Shown here: positions 8,705 to 18,603 of the stretch, one piece after another
Position numbering within the stretch: the stretch's first letter is position 1
Layout: the number at the start of each line of letters is the position of its first letter
Assembly (NCBI RefSeq): GCF_014396165.1
Contig: NZ_CP060715.1
Coordinates: forward strand, 1,350,001 to 1,382,000
Source: Erysipelothrix inopinata
GTDB taxonomy: Bacteria > Bacillota_I > Bacilli_A > Erysipelotrichales > Erysipelotrichaceae
DNA length: 32,000 nucleotides
Direction: 5' to 3'
Translations under genes and position numbers: made by a program
Notes under the pieces: generated by a model
The model's input: only the letters and a program-made list of their open reading frames with translations
Told to the model about the DNA's origin: nothing
Databases searched by the model: none

Positions 8705-9235
8705 ATGTTAGTATATATCCATGGAAAAAACGTAGAAATTACAGAAGCAATGCAAGCAGCAGTTGAGGATAAATTAGATTTCTTAAATAAATATTTTGAA
8801 ATTGATGATACATGGCGTGCTAATGTCGTGGTTAATGTTTATCCAGAAGGCGTAAAAGTCGAAGTAACTGTGAACTCCAAAATTGGTGCATTGCGAGCAG
8901 AAGTTCAACATGAAGACTTCTACGCAGCTCTTGATAAAGTTGTTCATAAACTTGAAGATCAAATTCGTAGACATAAAACAAAATTATCACGTAAAAACCG
9001 TGAAAGTCTCTCTGCAGCATTCATTAATATGATCGAAGAAAATGATCAAGAAGAAGAAGCTAAGATTGTTCGTACTAAGACAATTGATGCACAAGTTATG
9101 AATCTAAATGATGCAATTCTTCAAATGGAAATGTTAGGCCACTCATTCTTCATTTATACAGATGATGAAACAAATGGTGTTGCAGTAGTTTACAAGCGTC
9201 ATGATGGTGACTACGGTTTACTAGAAGTTGAGTAA
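8705..9235 (+). CDS. hpf: Ribosome hibernation promoting factor, long form
   Basis: MLVYIHGKNVEITEAMQAAVEDKL is an S30AE/sigma-54 modulation N-domain. The C-terminal FFIYTDDETNGVAVVYKRHDGDYGLLE is the dimerisation domain. ATG 8705 follows aaggagg with a 9-nt spacer, so the track start 8666 is an upstream extension. Confidence 0.9.
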   Translation: MLVYIHGKNVEITEAMQAAVEDKLDFLNKYFEIDDTWRANVVVNVYPEGVKVEVTVNSKIGALRAEVQHEDFYAALDKVVHKLEDQIRRHKTKLSRKNRESLSAAFINMIEENDQEEEAKIVRTKTIDAQVMNLNDAILQMEMLGHSFFIYTDDETNGVAVVYKRHDGDYGLLEVE

Positions 9236-9292
9236 AATCGTGTACTGTAAATCCATATTTTATGATATAATAATCGAAACGGAGGTTTGATG

Positions 9293-9697
9293 ATGAGCTT
9301 TAAAGACAAACTTAAAAATATTCTCACACCTATAGAAGATGACGAATATCTTGAATTAACAGACGAGGAGGTAGAAAGCTTGAGTGATTATGAAACGCTA
9401 CAAGGCAGCGTAACACCTAAACTTCCTTCAGATGCAAAAATGATTTTGTTTGAACCACGTTCTTTCGAAGAATCTGAAGAAGTAGCACGTTATTTAAAAG
9501 AAAAACGAGCAGCAGTTGTGAACTTGCACAGACTTCAAAGAGATTATGCACAAAGAACAATTGACTTCTTAACAGGAGTAGTCTTTGCATTAGATGGATC
9601 AATTCAAAAAATTGGTCACAATGTTATTTTGTGTACACCTAAAACTATTGGAGTTGAAGGCGAAATCAGCATGAACATTGAAGATTTAGATTCGTAA
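9293..9697 (+). CDS. sepF: Cell division protein SepF
   Basis: ILFEPRSFEESEEVARYLKEKRAAVVNLHRL....IDFLTGVVFALDGSIQKIG is a DUF552/SepF core. The start lies among TTG 9287, ATG 9290 and ATG 9293; 9293 gives a 7-nt spacing from GGAGG (9281-9285). Confidence 0.85.
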   Translation: MSFKDKLKNILTPIEDDEYLELTDEEVESLSDYETLQGSVTPKLPSDAKMILFEPRSFEESEEVARYLKEKRAAVVNLHRLQRDYAQRTIDFLTGVVFALDGSIQKIGHNVILCTPKTIGVEGEISMNIEDLDS

Positions 9698-9704
9698 TAT
9701 TTGG

Positions 9705-10184
9705 ATGACAAATAAGTCGAATTTCCGAATTGTTCGCCAAGGTTATGATAGATTTGAAGTAGATCAACACATACTGACTTTACTTCGTGAACAGGCTCTC
9801 TTACGGAAACAAAATCAAGTCTACAAAGAACAAATTGAGGCTTTATTTGAACAGCGTGATCTTCAAAAGAAACGTTATTCAAAGCTTGCCAGTGAAATAT
9901 CTGTGCGAGAAAGAGCTGCGGAAGAAATGTCCCGTCGTGCACTGGGTGAAGCAAATTTCATCGTAGATACGGCTCAAAAAAATGCAGATTTGATAATTAG
10001 AGAAGCTATGTCAATATCTCGTCAGGTCCTAGTCGAAATAGCTCGTATATCAAACGAATCAAATGAACTTCGTGATGAATTGAAAGACAAAATAAAAGAT
10101 TTAGAAATGGTACTGGATGGGTTAGACCTACCAGATAGCCCTAATCTAAATTCAATAGGCGATGATCAAGACACATTAGATTAA
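9705..10184 (+). CDS. divIVA: DivIVA domain-containing cell division/septum-site protein
   Basis: N-terminal FRIVRQGYDRFEVDQHI (DivIVA lipid-binding motif F..x.RGYD..EVD) followed by coiled-coil-like heptads. Sits in the sepF-divIVA-ileS synteny known from Bacillus. Confidence 0.8.
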   Translation: MTNKSNFRIVRQGYDRFEVDQHILTLLREQALLRKQNQVYKEQIEALFEQRDLQKKRYSKLASEISVRERAAEEMSRRALGEANFIVDTAQKNADLIIREAMSISRQVLVEIARISNESNELRDELKDKIKDLEMVLDGLDLPDSPNLNSIGDDQDTLD

Positions 10185-10185
10185 T

Positions 10186-10382
10186 AACTCATAGTAGAGA
10201 CTTCGTGGTTGGTGAAAACGAAGATGAGCTTAGTTTAATATCACTTGTGAGCTTGTTTTTGAAATTAAAAGTAGAAAACACGTAATGCGGCGTTAACGCT
10301 TCTGAGTGCATGCACATTTGTGTATGAATTTAAGGTGGTACCGCGTTATCAACGTCCTTATTAATTTAAGGACGTTTTTTTT
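10186..10382 (+). promoter_or_regulatory. T-box riboswitch leader (Ile specifier AUC) with intrinsic terminator, controlling ileS
   Basis: AGAGA-like box at agtagaga (10193-10200). Specifier ATC at 10240-10242, followed by A. T-box sequence aatttaaGGTGGTACCGCG at 10327-10345. Terminator acgtcctta (10352-10360) / taaggacgt (10367-10375) plus a U-run to 10382. Confidence 0.9.
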
Positions 10383-10398
10383 ATTAAAGGAGAAAAAT

Positions 10399-13128
10399 AT
10401 GGATTACAAAGATACACTAAAATTACCTAAAACTGAATTTGAAATGCGTGGTAATTTAAATAAAAAAGAACCTGTTTTACAAGCAAAATGGGATGAAATG
10501 GAATTATACGAAAAAATGATGGCTGTTCGTGAAGAAGAAGGTGCACCACTTTTTGTTGTGCATGATGGGCCTCCGTATGCTAATGGTAATATCCATTTAG
10601 GACACGCACTTAATGGTATCCAAAAAGACCTACTTGTTCGTACCAAGTTTATGGCTGGATTTAAGACACCTTTTAGACCAGGATGGGATACTCACGGTCT
10701 TCCTATTGAAACTGCAATTCAAAAACTTGGTGTTGATCGTAAAACAATGCCAACTCATGAGTTCCGAGCATTATGCGAAAAATATGCCTTGGAACAAGTT
10801 GCTATTCAAAAGAAAGATTTTAAATCACTTGGAAAAATCGGAGACTACAACAATCCTTACATCACTCTAACAAAAGATTATGAAGCATCACAAATTAGAG
10901 TCTTTGCTAAAATGGCATTAAAAGGCATGATTTTCAAAGGATTAAAACCAGTATATTGGTCACCATCCAGTGAAACGGCACTTGCTGAAGCAGAAATTGA
11001 ATATTATGACCGTAAAGACCCTGCAATTTATATTGCATTTGATGTTGTAGATGGTAAAGGTGTTTTAGATGCAGGAACTAAACTTGTAATTTGGACAACA
11101 ACACCATGGACAATTCCAGCAAACCTTGCGATTTCAGTCAATCCAGATATGGAATATGCATTGGTAAAGACAGCTAAAGGTAACATGGTTATGTTAGTAA
11201 GTCGTGTCGAGGCAGTTCTTAAAGAACTTGACCTAGAAAATGAAGGAATTCTAAAAACATTCAAAGGATCTGAAATCGAACATGTTACATACCAACATCC
11301 ACTTTATGAACGTATTTCACCAGTATTAAATGGTGATCACGTTACGGATGAAGCGGGTACTGGTTGTGTTCATACTGCTCCTGACCATGGGGTAGAAGAC
11401 TTTGATGTTTGTGTAAAATACGGAATTAAACCTATTGCTCCTGTCGATGCACAAGGACATTTAAATGAACAAACTGGAGAATTTGCAGGAATGTTCTTTG
11501 AAAAAGCTAATAAAGCTGTGACTGTTCGTCTTGAAGAAGAAGGAGCATTACTAAAACTAGATTGGATTACCCATAGTTATGCACATGACTGGAGAACAAA
11601 GAAACCAATTATCTATCGTGCAACAACACAATGGTTTGCATCAATTGATGGTATTCGTCAACAAATCTTAGATGAAATTGATAAAGTTGAGTGGTATCCA
11701 AAATGGGGTCAAAAACGTATGCACAATATGATTGCAGATCGTGGTGACTGGACTATTTCACGTCAACGTGTTTGGGGGGTTCCAATTCCTATTTTCTATG
11801 CAGAAGATGAAACACCAATTATTGATGAAGCGGTATTTGAACATGTTGCTCAATTGTTCGAAGAACACGGATCAAATATTTGGTTTGAAAAAGAAGCAAA
11901 AGAGCTTCTTCCAGAAGGATTTACACATCCCAATTCACCTAACGGTAAATTTACTAAAGAAAAAGACATTATGGACGTATGGTTCGATTCAGGATCATCC
12001 CATACTGCAGCTCTAAATCATAATGAAACACCACTTCCTGTTGATGCCTATGCAGAAGGTGCAGACCAATTCAGAGGATGGTTTAACTCTTCACTTATTA
12101 TTTCAGTAGCACTTTATGGTATTGCACCGTACAAACGTGTCATTACTCATGGTTTCTTAAAACTTGATGGTGGCGAAAAAATGAGTAAGTCTAAATCTAA
12201 TGGGTTAAGTCCAAATGAAATCACTTCAACATTGGGTGCCGACATTCTTAGACTTTGGGTAGGGAGTGTTGACTATCATTCAGATATCAATATGTCACAA
12301 GATTTATTAAAACAAGTAAGCGAATCATACCGTAAAATTAGAAATACATTCAGATTTATGCACGGAAACCTCGAAGGATTTGACTTTGATAAACATGCAG
12401 TATCTGTAGAATCAATGTCATTAATGAACCGATATGTCTTAAATGATGCAATTCGTGTAAATCGTGAAGCTCAAAAAGCATATGAACAATTCGATTACCA
12501 AAAAGCAACAACAGCTGTATTAAACTCATTGATTAATACAATGTCATCCTATTACTTGGATTACACTAAAGATATTCTTTATCTGAATGCAGAAGATGAT
12601 CGTGCACGTCGTGAAATTCAAACAGTAATCTACTTAACTCTCGATATGTATTTAAAACTTCTATCACCAATTCTTGTTCATACAACTGAAGAAATGTATC
12701 AAATCTTCAAACCCGAAGAAGAAAGTATTCACTTAACACGCTTTATTGCAGTGAGCGATGATATTATTACTGAAAATGAAGCAGAACAAATGGAAACATT
12801 ATTAGCAGTGAGAGAATCTGTATTTAAAGCGCTTGAAGAAAAACGTGCTGAAAAAGTAATTGGTAAGTCATTAGAAGCTAATGTTAAATTACACCTTGAA
12901 AATGATGTAAAAGAAGCTGTGGAAAATGTTCTTGGACAACATGTTGCACAGTGGTTCATTGTTTCTCATGTCGATTTTGTAGAAGATACACTAGCTGAAG
13001 TCATGGGTTATGAGGTTTCTGTTGAAGCTTATGAAGGTCATACATGTCCACGTTGTTGGAATGTTGTGAAAGATGTTCATGAAGATGGACTCTGCGATCG
13101 CTGCCACCACGTTTTGGAAACAAAATAA
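10399..13128 (+). CDS. ileS: Isoleucine--tRNA ligase
   Basis: MDYKDTLKLPKTEFEMRGNL N-terminus, HIGH motif (PYANGNIHLGHAL), KMSKS motif (GEKMSKSKSNG), and a C-terminal Zn knuckle CPRCWN...CDRC. ATG 10399 follows aaaggag. The track start 10306 runs through the T-box terminator. Confidence 0.97.
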   Translation: MDYKDTLKLPKTEFEMRGNLNKKEPVLQAKWDEMELYEKMMAVREEEGAPLFVVHDGPPYANGNIHLGHALNGIQKDLLVRTKFMAGFKTPFRPGWDTHGLPIETAIQKLGVDRKTMPTHEFRALCEKYALEQVAIQKKDFKSLGKIGDYNNPYITLTKDYEASQIRVFAKMALKGMIFKGLKPVYWSPSSETALAEAEIEYYDRKDPAIYIAFDVVDGKGVLDAGTKLVIWTTTPWTIPANLAISVNPDMEYALVKTAKGNMVMLVSRVEAVLKELDLENEGILKTFKGSEIEHVTYQHPLYERISPVLNGDHVTDEAGTGCVHTAPDHGVEDFDVCVKYGIKPIAPVDAQGHLNEQTGEFAGMFFEKANKAVTVRLEEEGALLKLDWITHSYAHDWRTKKPIIYRATTQWFASIDGIRQQILDEIDKVEWYPKWGQKRMHNMIADRGDWTISRQRVWGVPIPIFYAEDETPIIDEAVFEHVAQLFEEHGSNIWFEKEAKELLPEGFTHPNSPNGKFTKEKDIMDVWFDSGSSHTAALNHNETPLPVDAYAEGADQFRGWFNSSLIISVALYGIAPYKRVITHGFLKLDGGEKMSKSKSNGLSPNEITSTLGADILRLWVGSVDYHSDINMSQDLLKQVSESYRKIRNTFRFMHGNLEGFDFDKHAVSVESMSLMNRYVLNDAIRVNREAQKAYEQFDYQKATTAVLNSLINTMSSYYLDYTKDILYLNAEDDRARREIQTVIYLTLDMYLKLLSPILVHTTEEMYQIFKPEEESIHLTRFIAVSDDIITENEAEQMETLLAVRESVFKALEEKRAEKVIGKSLEANVKLHLENDVKEAVENVLGQHVAQWFIVSHVDFVEDTLAEVMGYEVSVEAYEGHTCPRCWNVVKDVHEDGLCDRCHHVLETK

Positions 13129-13838
13129 TGAAAATAACATCGCTGAAAAATGATCAAGTTAAAGAATGGTTAAAACTGAGTCAGAAAAAATATCGCGATA
13201 GTTCAGGTAAATTACTTCTTGAGGGAGAACATCTTCTTCAAGAAGCTCGCAATGCGGGATGTACAATGCAATCAATTGGTGTTGATTCATCATTTGATAT
13301 TGAAATAACAGAACATATTGCAGAGAAAATATCAACGACTCGATCAGGATCATCCGTCTTTGCACTCGTAGAAAAACCGGTTTTCCATTATCAAAAGGGA
13401 AAGAGGTTCTTTATTTGTGATGGAGTTCAAGATCCTGGAAATCTTGGAACCATAATAAGAACTGCATATAGCTTTGGCTTTGATGCTGTTATTGTTTCTA
13501 TGGATTCAGTTGACGAATTTAATGATAAGACGATCAGGGCAAGCCAAGGAGCAATTTTCCATTTTCCTGTAATTCGAATGGAAATTAAAGACGCAATTCA
13601 GTTACTTAAAAAAGATGATGTCACTGTATATGCAACGTACTTGGGTGATAATACACTTCCTTTATCTGAAATCAAAGATGAGAAAATAGCAATTATTCTC
13701 GGATCAGAAGGTCAAGGTGTATCAGAGGAATCACTTAGGCTATGTGACCATAGTGTAAAAATCGAAACACACCAATTTGAATCGTTAAATGTAGCTATGG
13801 CTGCAGCAATTATTGCATACACTTTACGTGTGGTTTAA
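13128..13838 (+). CDS. TrmH/SpoU-family RNA 2'-O-methyltransferase
   Basis: DGVQDPGNLGTIIRTA, ILGSEGQGVS and SLNVAMAAAI SpoU motifs. The ATG overlaps the ileS stop (TAATG). Confidence 0.8.
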   Translation: MKITSLKNDQVKEWLKLSQKKYRDSSGKLLLEGEHLLQEARNAGCTMQSIGVDSSFDIEITEHIAEKISTTRSGSSVFALVEKPVFHYQKGKRFFICDGVQDPGNLGTIIRTAYSFGFDAVIVSMDSVDEFNDKTIRASQGAIFHFPVIRMEIKDAIQLLKKDDVTVYATYLGDNTLPLSEIKDEKIAIILGSEGQGVSEESLRLCDHSVKIETHQFESLNVAMAAAIIAYTLRVV

Positions 13839-13848
13839 TGGAGGAAAT

Positions 13849-14286
13849 ATGAAATTAATAGAATTTAAAGAAAATGATTTACAAAAATATATCGACTTAG
13901 CAACGAAATTCCACTCAGGTCCTGCTAGTTTTACAGATCCTGATCTTACAATTTTTGAAAGAAACTTTGATTATATCCGAAATCATGATTCAGCATTTGG
14001 CTGGTTTATTGAAGAAGATGGTTATACCTGTGGCTATTGCCTTTGTTCAATGATGTATTCAACTGAAGTTGGTGCAATGTCACTTTGGGTTGAAGAATTA
14101 AGCATTGATGATGACTTTCAAGGTAAAGGGTACGGTACCAAAGTCTTTAATGACCTAATGGTACTCTTCCCAGAAGTGAAACGCTTCCGTTTGGAAGTTG
14201 CTCCATCAAATACTTCTGCAAAAAAATTATATGAACGATTGGGATATACATATCTTGGATATGAGCAAATGATTATTGATCGTTAG
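13849..14286 (+). CDS. GNAT-family N-acetyltransferase
   Basis: Acetyl-CoA motif A FQGKGYGTKV, and a C-terminal A.KLYERLGY. ATG 13849 is preferred over TTG 13813. Confidence 0.75.
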   Translation: MKLIEFKENDLQKYIDLATKFHSGPASFTDPDLTIFERNFDYIRNHDSAFGWFIEEDGYTCGYCLCSMMYSTEVGAMSLWVEELSIDDDFQGKGYGTKVFNDLMVLFPEVKRFRLEVAPSNTSAKKLYERLGYTYLGYEQMIIDR

Positions 14287-14327
14287 AAAAAAGCAAACTT
14301 CTGTCAAGAACCAAGTAAAGTAGACAG

Positions 14328-15209
14328 TTAATAAAAGCAGTGCTCTTTAAGGTATGTATTCCTAAATTCAATAGGAGTCATACCTTTTAATTTTTCTTGT
14401 GGTCGATCATTGTTATACCACCCTATGTACTCATGAACTTGCTGGGTTAATGCTTGCTCGTTAGTAGGTACATTTAACTCCAAAGACTCACTTTTCAAAT
14501 GCGAGAAGAAATTTTCGCAACATGCATTATCGTAGCAATTAGCCTTACGGGAGTGTGATATCGTAACTCCTAACGAATCTAATTTCTCCATGTATTGGCG
14601 ATTTGTATATTGAAACCCCTGATCAGAGTGCAAGATACATTCATATGTTGAATCCCACTCCGAAGTAAATACTAAATCTAAATTATCAAATACTAGTTTA
14701 TTATCATTAAATTTTGATACTGTATATGCTAGAATTGAATTATCATAAAGATCCTTAATGACGCTTATGAATAAGCGACCTTCTTTATGATAGATGTAAC
14801 TGACATCAGTTACCAATTTATGTAAAGGTCGATTGGCCTTAAACTGTCTGGCAAGAACGTTGTAGTGAACGTTTCTTGCCTTTTCATTTATTTCTTTTTG
14901 CGTACAACTCTCAAATCGTTTCTTGCGTATTGGAGATTTTAGTCCTAGTATTTGCATGTAACGCAATACTGTTTTTCGATTAACGACCACTCCAAATTTT
15001 CGTTTTAGTTGATATGTAATATATCTATATCCTTTAAAAGTTTCTTTGAAGATTTCCTCTATTTTACAGGCAAGCCATTCATCCCAACATTTGTAAAGAG
15101 GTTTTCCATTTTCAAGCCAACTATAAAATGATGCTCTTGATATATTGAAGTATTGGCATAACTCACTAACTGTGTAATCAATCCTAAGTTGGTCAATTGT
15201 TGAGTACAT
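14328..15209 (-). CDS. IS3-family transposase OrfB (DDE/rve integrase core)
   Basis: 293 aa. DVSYI...HSDQGFQYT...NACCENFFSHLKSE is a DD(35)E-type motif. The stop abuts the IR. Confidence 0.9.
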   Translation of the reverse strand: MYSTIDQLRIDYTVSELCQYFNISRASFYSWLENGKPLYKCWDEWLACKIEEIFKETFKGYRYITYQLKRKFGVVVNRKTVLRYMQILGLKSPIRKKRFESCTQKEINEKARNVHYNVLARQFKANRPLHKLVTDVSYIYHKEGRLFISVIKDLYDNSILAYTVSKFNDNKLVFDNLDLVFTSEWDSTYECILHSDQGFQYTNRQYMEKLDSLGVTISHSRKANCYDNACCENFFSHLKSESLELNVPTNEQALTQQVHEYIGWYNNDRPQEKLKGMTPIEFRNTYLKEHCFY

Positions 15210-15541
15210 TAGCGCTCTTCGTAATCCCGAAGGAGCGCATTTAACTTTTTTAGAATATCATTCTCCATTCTAAGATAATGATTTTGTTCTTCTAAAGACA
15301 TATCATCTAACCTAATAACTTTCGGTCTTCCAGTCGCTTTTTTACCTCTCATATCAATGCCTAATGAGGAAGGATCTTCATTGTACTTCTTAATCCAACT
15401 ACGAATTTGAGCGTTTGATTTAAGTTCATATTTTTTTACAAGTTGATCAAGACCACCGCTTTTTCCACTTAAATAGTCTTCAACTACTTTTATCTTGAAT
15501 TCAACTGTGTATTTATTATTAATTCTCCCTGTTTTTCCCAT
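15209..15541 (-). CDS. IS3-family transposase OrfA (HTH)
   Basis: YTVEFKIKVVEDYL...IRSWIKKY helix-turn-helix, then a leucine-zipper-like C-terminus. ATG 15541 follows aggagg with a 10-nt spacer, so the track start 15586 is probably too long. The stop overlaps the orfB ATG (TAATG). Confidence 0.85.
   Translation of the reverse strand: MGKTGRINNKYTVEFKIKVVEDYLSGKSGGLDQLVKKYELKSNAQIRSWIKKYNEDPSSLGIDMRGKKATGRPKVIRLDDMSLEEQNHYLRMENDILKKLNALLRDYEER
15212..15251 (-). other. Programmed -1 ribosomal frameshift cassette (slippery A AAA AAG plus stem-loop) producing the OrfAB transposase
   Basis: On the minus strand, CTA AAA AAG is in the orfA frame (heptamer 15251-15245). A 6-nt spacer TTAAAT follows, then the hairpin GCGCTCCTTCG-GGATTA-CGAAGAGCGC (15238-15212). 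The -1 frame reads without stops into the orfB frame. Confidence 0.8.
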
Positions 15542-15629
15542 AAGAAAAGAACCTCCTAAAATAGATTTTCCCATGCTTTTCTTCATGTGTCTATTTTAAT
15601 TGGTTCTCTTCATTCGGTTTGCTTTTTAT

Positions 15630-16256
15630 TTATATTATTTTTAGGATATCTAAAGGATTATCGAATGAATATGTAGGATGAATTATTCCTTCATCAGATA
15701 TACTGCCCCACTTAGCATAAACAAAGTCAATATTTGCAGCTTTAGCAGCTAAATAATCTGCAAGAGAATCTCCTATATAAACAACGTCACTATCAATATA
15801 ACCAAGTTTTTTTAAGCATTTTAATAGGGGGTCCGGATGTGGTTTATGGTTAGTCGTATCCTCTTGTAATACGCAAGTTGTCATGTAAGCATCTAATCCG
15901 GAATCAATCATATCTATTTGATACTGATCACGAGTTTTAGAGGATACAACCGCTTGAATTATTCCGCTATCCGATGTTTGTTTTAGTACTTGTATTATGC
16001 CTTCAAAGGGAACCGCACCAAATTCATATTCATTAACATACCTTACCCAACGTTCATAAGTCGTTTCTACTTCTTTAATACCGAGTTCTTCCATTACTTT
16101 AATTCCTGGATAAGAACCGAATTTGAGAACATCCTTATATTCCCAGTCTTCGTTAAGTTCTTCTTTAATAATTTTTAGTAAGGGAATCATATTCATCTCA
16201 AGTGTATTTAAAATCGTACCATCTACATCATAGATAAGTGCTTTATATTTTTTCAT
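15630..16256 (-). CDS. HAD-superfamily hydrolase (phosphatase-like)
   Basis: IYDVDGTILNT motif I, VSSK motif II, and GDSLADYLAAKAA motif III/IV. ATG 16256 (SD gagga, 5-nt spacer) is preferred over 16286. Confidence 0.8.
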   Translation of the reverse strand: MKKYKALIYDVDGTILNTLEMNMIPLLKIIKEELNEDWEYKDVLKFGSYPGIKVMEELGIKEVETTYERWVRYVNEYEFGAVPFEGIIQVLKQTSDSGIIQAVVSSKTRDQYQIDMIDSGLDAYMTTCVLQEDTTNHKPHPDPLLKCLKKLGYIDSDVVYIGDSLADYLAAKAANIDFVYAKWGSISDEGIIHPTYSFDNPLDILKII

Positions 16257-16308
16257 AAACATCCTCGATTCATCTCTCTTAATCATACCAAAAATAATAT
16301 GAGACTGT

Positions 16309-16332
16309 AAAAAAAGACTGGCTTAGCCAGTC
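16309..16332 (-). terminator. Rho-independent terminator of sodA
   Basis: The minus strand forms gactggc-taa-gccagtc followed by ttttttt. Confidence 0.75.
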
Positions 16333-16338
16333 AATTGA

Positions 16339-16950
16339 TTAGATTGCTTTGTTGAAAAGTTCTTGTACTTGTTTCCAGTTAACAACTTCAAACCATTCTT
16401 TGATGTAGTCTGGACGACGGTTTTGATAGTTTAGGTAGTAAGCATGTTCCCAAACGTCAAGTCCTAGAATTGGTGTATAACCATCCATAATAGGGTTGTC
16501 TTGGTTTGCTGTTGAGATTACTTCTAATTTCTTATCAGCATTAACAACTAACCATGCCCAACCTGAACCGAAACGTGTTTTGGCTGCTGCATCAAATTTT
16601 TCTTTGAAAGCATCAACTGAACCGAAGTCACGATCGATTGCTTCTTTTAATGAACCTTCAGGTGTTTGACCTTTTTCAGGTGACATGATGTTCCAGAACA
16701 TTGAGTGGTTTAAATGTCCTCCACCGTTGTTACGAACTGCAACACGGATATCTTCTGGTACTTCATTAATATTGCTGATTAATTTTACAAGATCCTCGTC
16801 AGCAATTTCTGGATGTTTTTCAAGAGCTGCATTTAAATTTGTAATATATGTTTGGTGATGTTTTGTATGGTGAATCTCCATAGTTCTTGCATCAATTTGT
16901 GGTTCTAATGCATCGTATGCATAGTTTAATTCTGGTAATTTATAAGTCAT
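16339..16950 (-). CDS. sodA: Mn/Fe superoxide dismutase
   Basis: [29 protein letters not shown]....[18 protein letters not shown] has canonical SOD metal ligands and signature. ATG 16950 follows ggagga with a 9-nt spacer. Confidence 0.95.
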   Translation of the reverse strand: MTYKLPELNYAYDALEPQIDARTMEIHHTKHHQTYITNLNAALEKHPEIADEDLVKLISNINEVPEDIRVAVRNNGGGHLNHSMFWNIMSPEKGQTPEGSLKEAIDRDFGSVDAFKEKFDAAAKTRFGSGWAWLVVNADKKLEVISTANQDNPIMDGYTPILGLDVWEHAYYLNYQNRRPDYIKEWFEVVNWKQVQELFNKAI

Positions 16951-16997
16951 TTTTACAATTCCTCCTCTATAACTAAAGTTTATCAAAGAAGTGTTTA

Positions 16998-18476
16998 CTA
17001 TGCCAATTTAATGCCTAGAAGATCTGAGTATTTGTCTACTAAATATTTCACATAGTAATTAGGGTTGAATGGTTCGCCACTTACACGTTGGAGCATTTCT
17101 TGTGCTGTGAACATACCACTATATTGGTGGATATTTTCTTTTAACCAAGCGAAGATAGGTTTCATATTTCCTTCGATAAGTAGAGTTGTAACATCAAGGT
17201 CTTTTTCCATTGCATGCATGAATTGAGCTGCATATGCAGTTCCTAGAGCATAGGTTGGGAAGTAACCGAAAGAAGCATCAGACCAATGCACATCTTGAAG
17301 TACGCCTTCACTATCTGATTCAGGAGTGATGTGTAAGAGTCTTTTCATTTCGTTTGCAAAATCAAAGTTAAGATTTTTTGTTGAAAGGTTTTCGTTAAAG
17401 AGTTTCTTTTCAATCTCATATCTGACCATGATGTGAAGCGGATAGGTAACTTCATCTGCTTCAATACGAATTGGTGAACGATCAACATAGTTGATACCTA
17501 AAATAAATTCATCAAGACTTACATTTCCTAAAACATCAGGGATGATGTTTTGGAGTTTTGGATAAAGAGGTGTCCAAAATGCTTTACTACGGCCAATCAT
17601 ATTTTCTAAGAATCGTGATTGGGATTCGTGCATACTCATGCTCATATTATCTGCAAGAGGATATCCTTCAAATTCAGGATTCACTTGATGGTTATAAGTT
17701 GAGTGTCCAATCTCGTGAATAATTGAAAAAATATTGGATGTAAAATCATTTTCATAATAGTGTGTTGTAATTCTTGAATCATTAATTGAGAAAGTGCTGC
17801 TGAAAGGATGTTCAGCATGGCCAACATAGCCAAAACTTTCATTGTAACCAAGGTGTTCACAAATCATTTGTGTAATCTCATCTTGTTGTTGATACGATAC
17901 AAACTCAGTTAAAAATGCAGGTTTTTGACCTTGGGCAGCAATAATTGTATCGATATGAGGTACTAAATCTTTTTCTAACGTTGAGAAGAATGATTCAACA
18001 TGTTCCATTCTTAATCCTTCTTCATAATCATTAAGGCATGATTCATATGGTATTAGGCCATCGTTACGATAGGTTAACATTTTCTTTTGAGTTTCTACTA
18101 ATTTTTGAAGATCGGATTCAAAGATTGAGAAATCTTTGCTGTTTTTTGCTTCTTCCCAGGTTTGTTGTGCATCCGCTTTTAAGTTCTCAAATGCAACAAA
18201 CTCCTTTTGAGGAATGTTTCTAATTTTGTCGAGTCCTTTGAGTTGATCTTTAACACTCAGACGAATAATATCATTTTCAGAATTTTTATTATCTTGAAGG
18301 ATTTTATATGTCCCTTCACTTGTCATAATATTGAAGTATTCACCATAAAGGATACTCATTGCTTTGTTTCTATATTTAGCACCGGAACGGGGTGCGATTG
18401 TTAATGCATCATAATTCATTGTTGTGATAGCGAGGCTAAGACTGTTTAATTGATCTAATAATTCATTGTAATTCAT
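16998..18476 (-). CDS. M32-family metallocarboxypeptidase (carboxypeptidase Taq-like)
   Basis: 492 aa. HEIGHSTY (HExxH), [24 protein letters not shown] and GYFPTYALG motifs are characteristic of peptidase M32. No terminator lies before sodA, so the two are probably co-transcribed. Confidence 0.9.
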   Translation of the reverse strand: MNYNELLDQLNSLSLAITTMNYDALTIAPRSGAKYRNKAMSILYGEYFNIMTSEGTYKILQDNKNSENDIIRLSVKDQLKGLDKIRNIPQKEFVAFENLKADAQQTWEEAKNSKDFSIFESDLQKLVETQKKMLTYRNDGLIPYESCLNDYEEGLRMEHVESFFSTLEKDLVPHIDTIIAAQGQKPAFLTEFVSYQQQDEITQMICEHLGYNESFGYVGHAEHPFSSTFSINDSRITTHYYENDFTSNIFSIIHEIGHSTYNHQVNPEFEGYPLADNMSMSMHESQSRFLENMIGRSKAFWTPLYPKLQNIIPDVLGNVSLDEFILGINYVDRSPIRIEADEVTYPLHIMVRYEIEKKLFNENLSTKNLNFDFANEMKRLLHITPESDSEGVLQDVHWSDASFGYFPTYALGTAYAAQFMHAMEKDLDVTTLLIEGNMKPIFAWLKENIHQYSGMFTAQEMLQRVSGEPFNPNYYVKYLVDKYSDLLGIKLA

Positions 18477-18603
18477 AATATTTCTCCTTTTCTATCTCTA
18501 TTTTACATTATTTATAAAATAATAAAACAAGCGTAACTATATTTTAATGGGTGGTTGAGGTATAATATTTGTACATTAAAAATATAACGACGGAGGTTTT
18601 ACT

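Larger units (their letters stand above)
14302..15612 (-). mobile_element. Intact IS3-family insertion sequence (IS150-like organisation), 1311 bp, with 26-bp imperfect IRs and a 3-bp TSD
   Basis: Ends are TG...CA. Left end tgtcaagaaccaagtaaagtagacag (14302-14327) matches the reverse complement of the right end, tgaagagaaccaattaaaatagacac (15612-15587), at 20/26 positions. Direct repeat ttc at 14299-14301 and 15613-15615. orfA/orfB carry an A AAA AAG frameshift site. Confidence 0.9.

Noticed and set aside
10306-10398. N-terminal 31-aa extension of the ileS ORF in the track
   Set aside because: It runs through the T-box sequence and its terminator. The canonical MDYKDTLKLPKT start at 10399 has its own SD.
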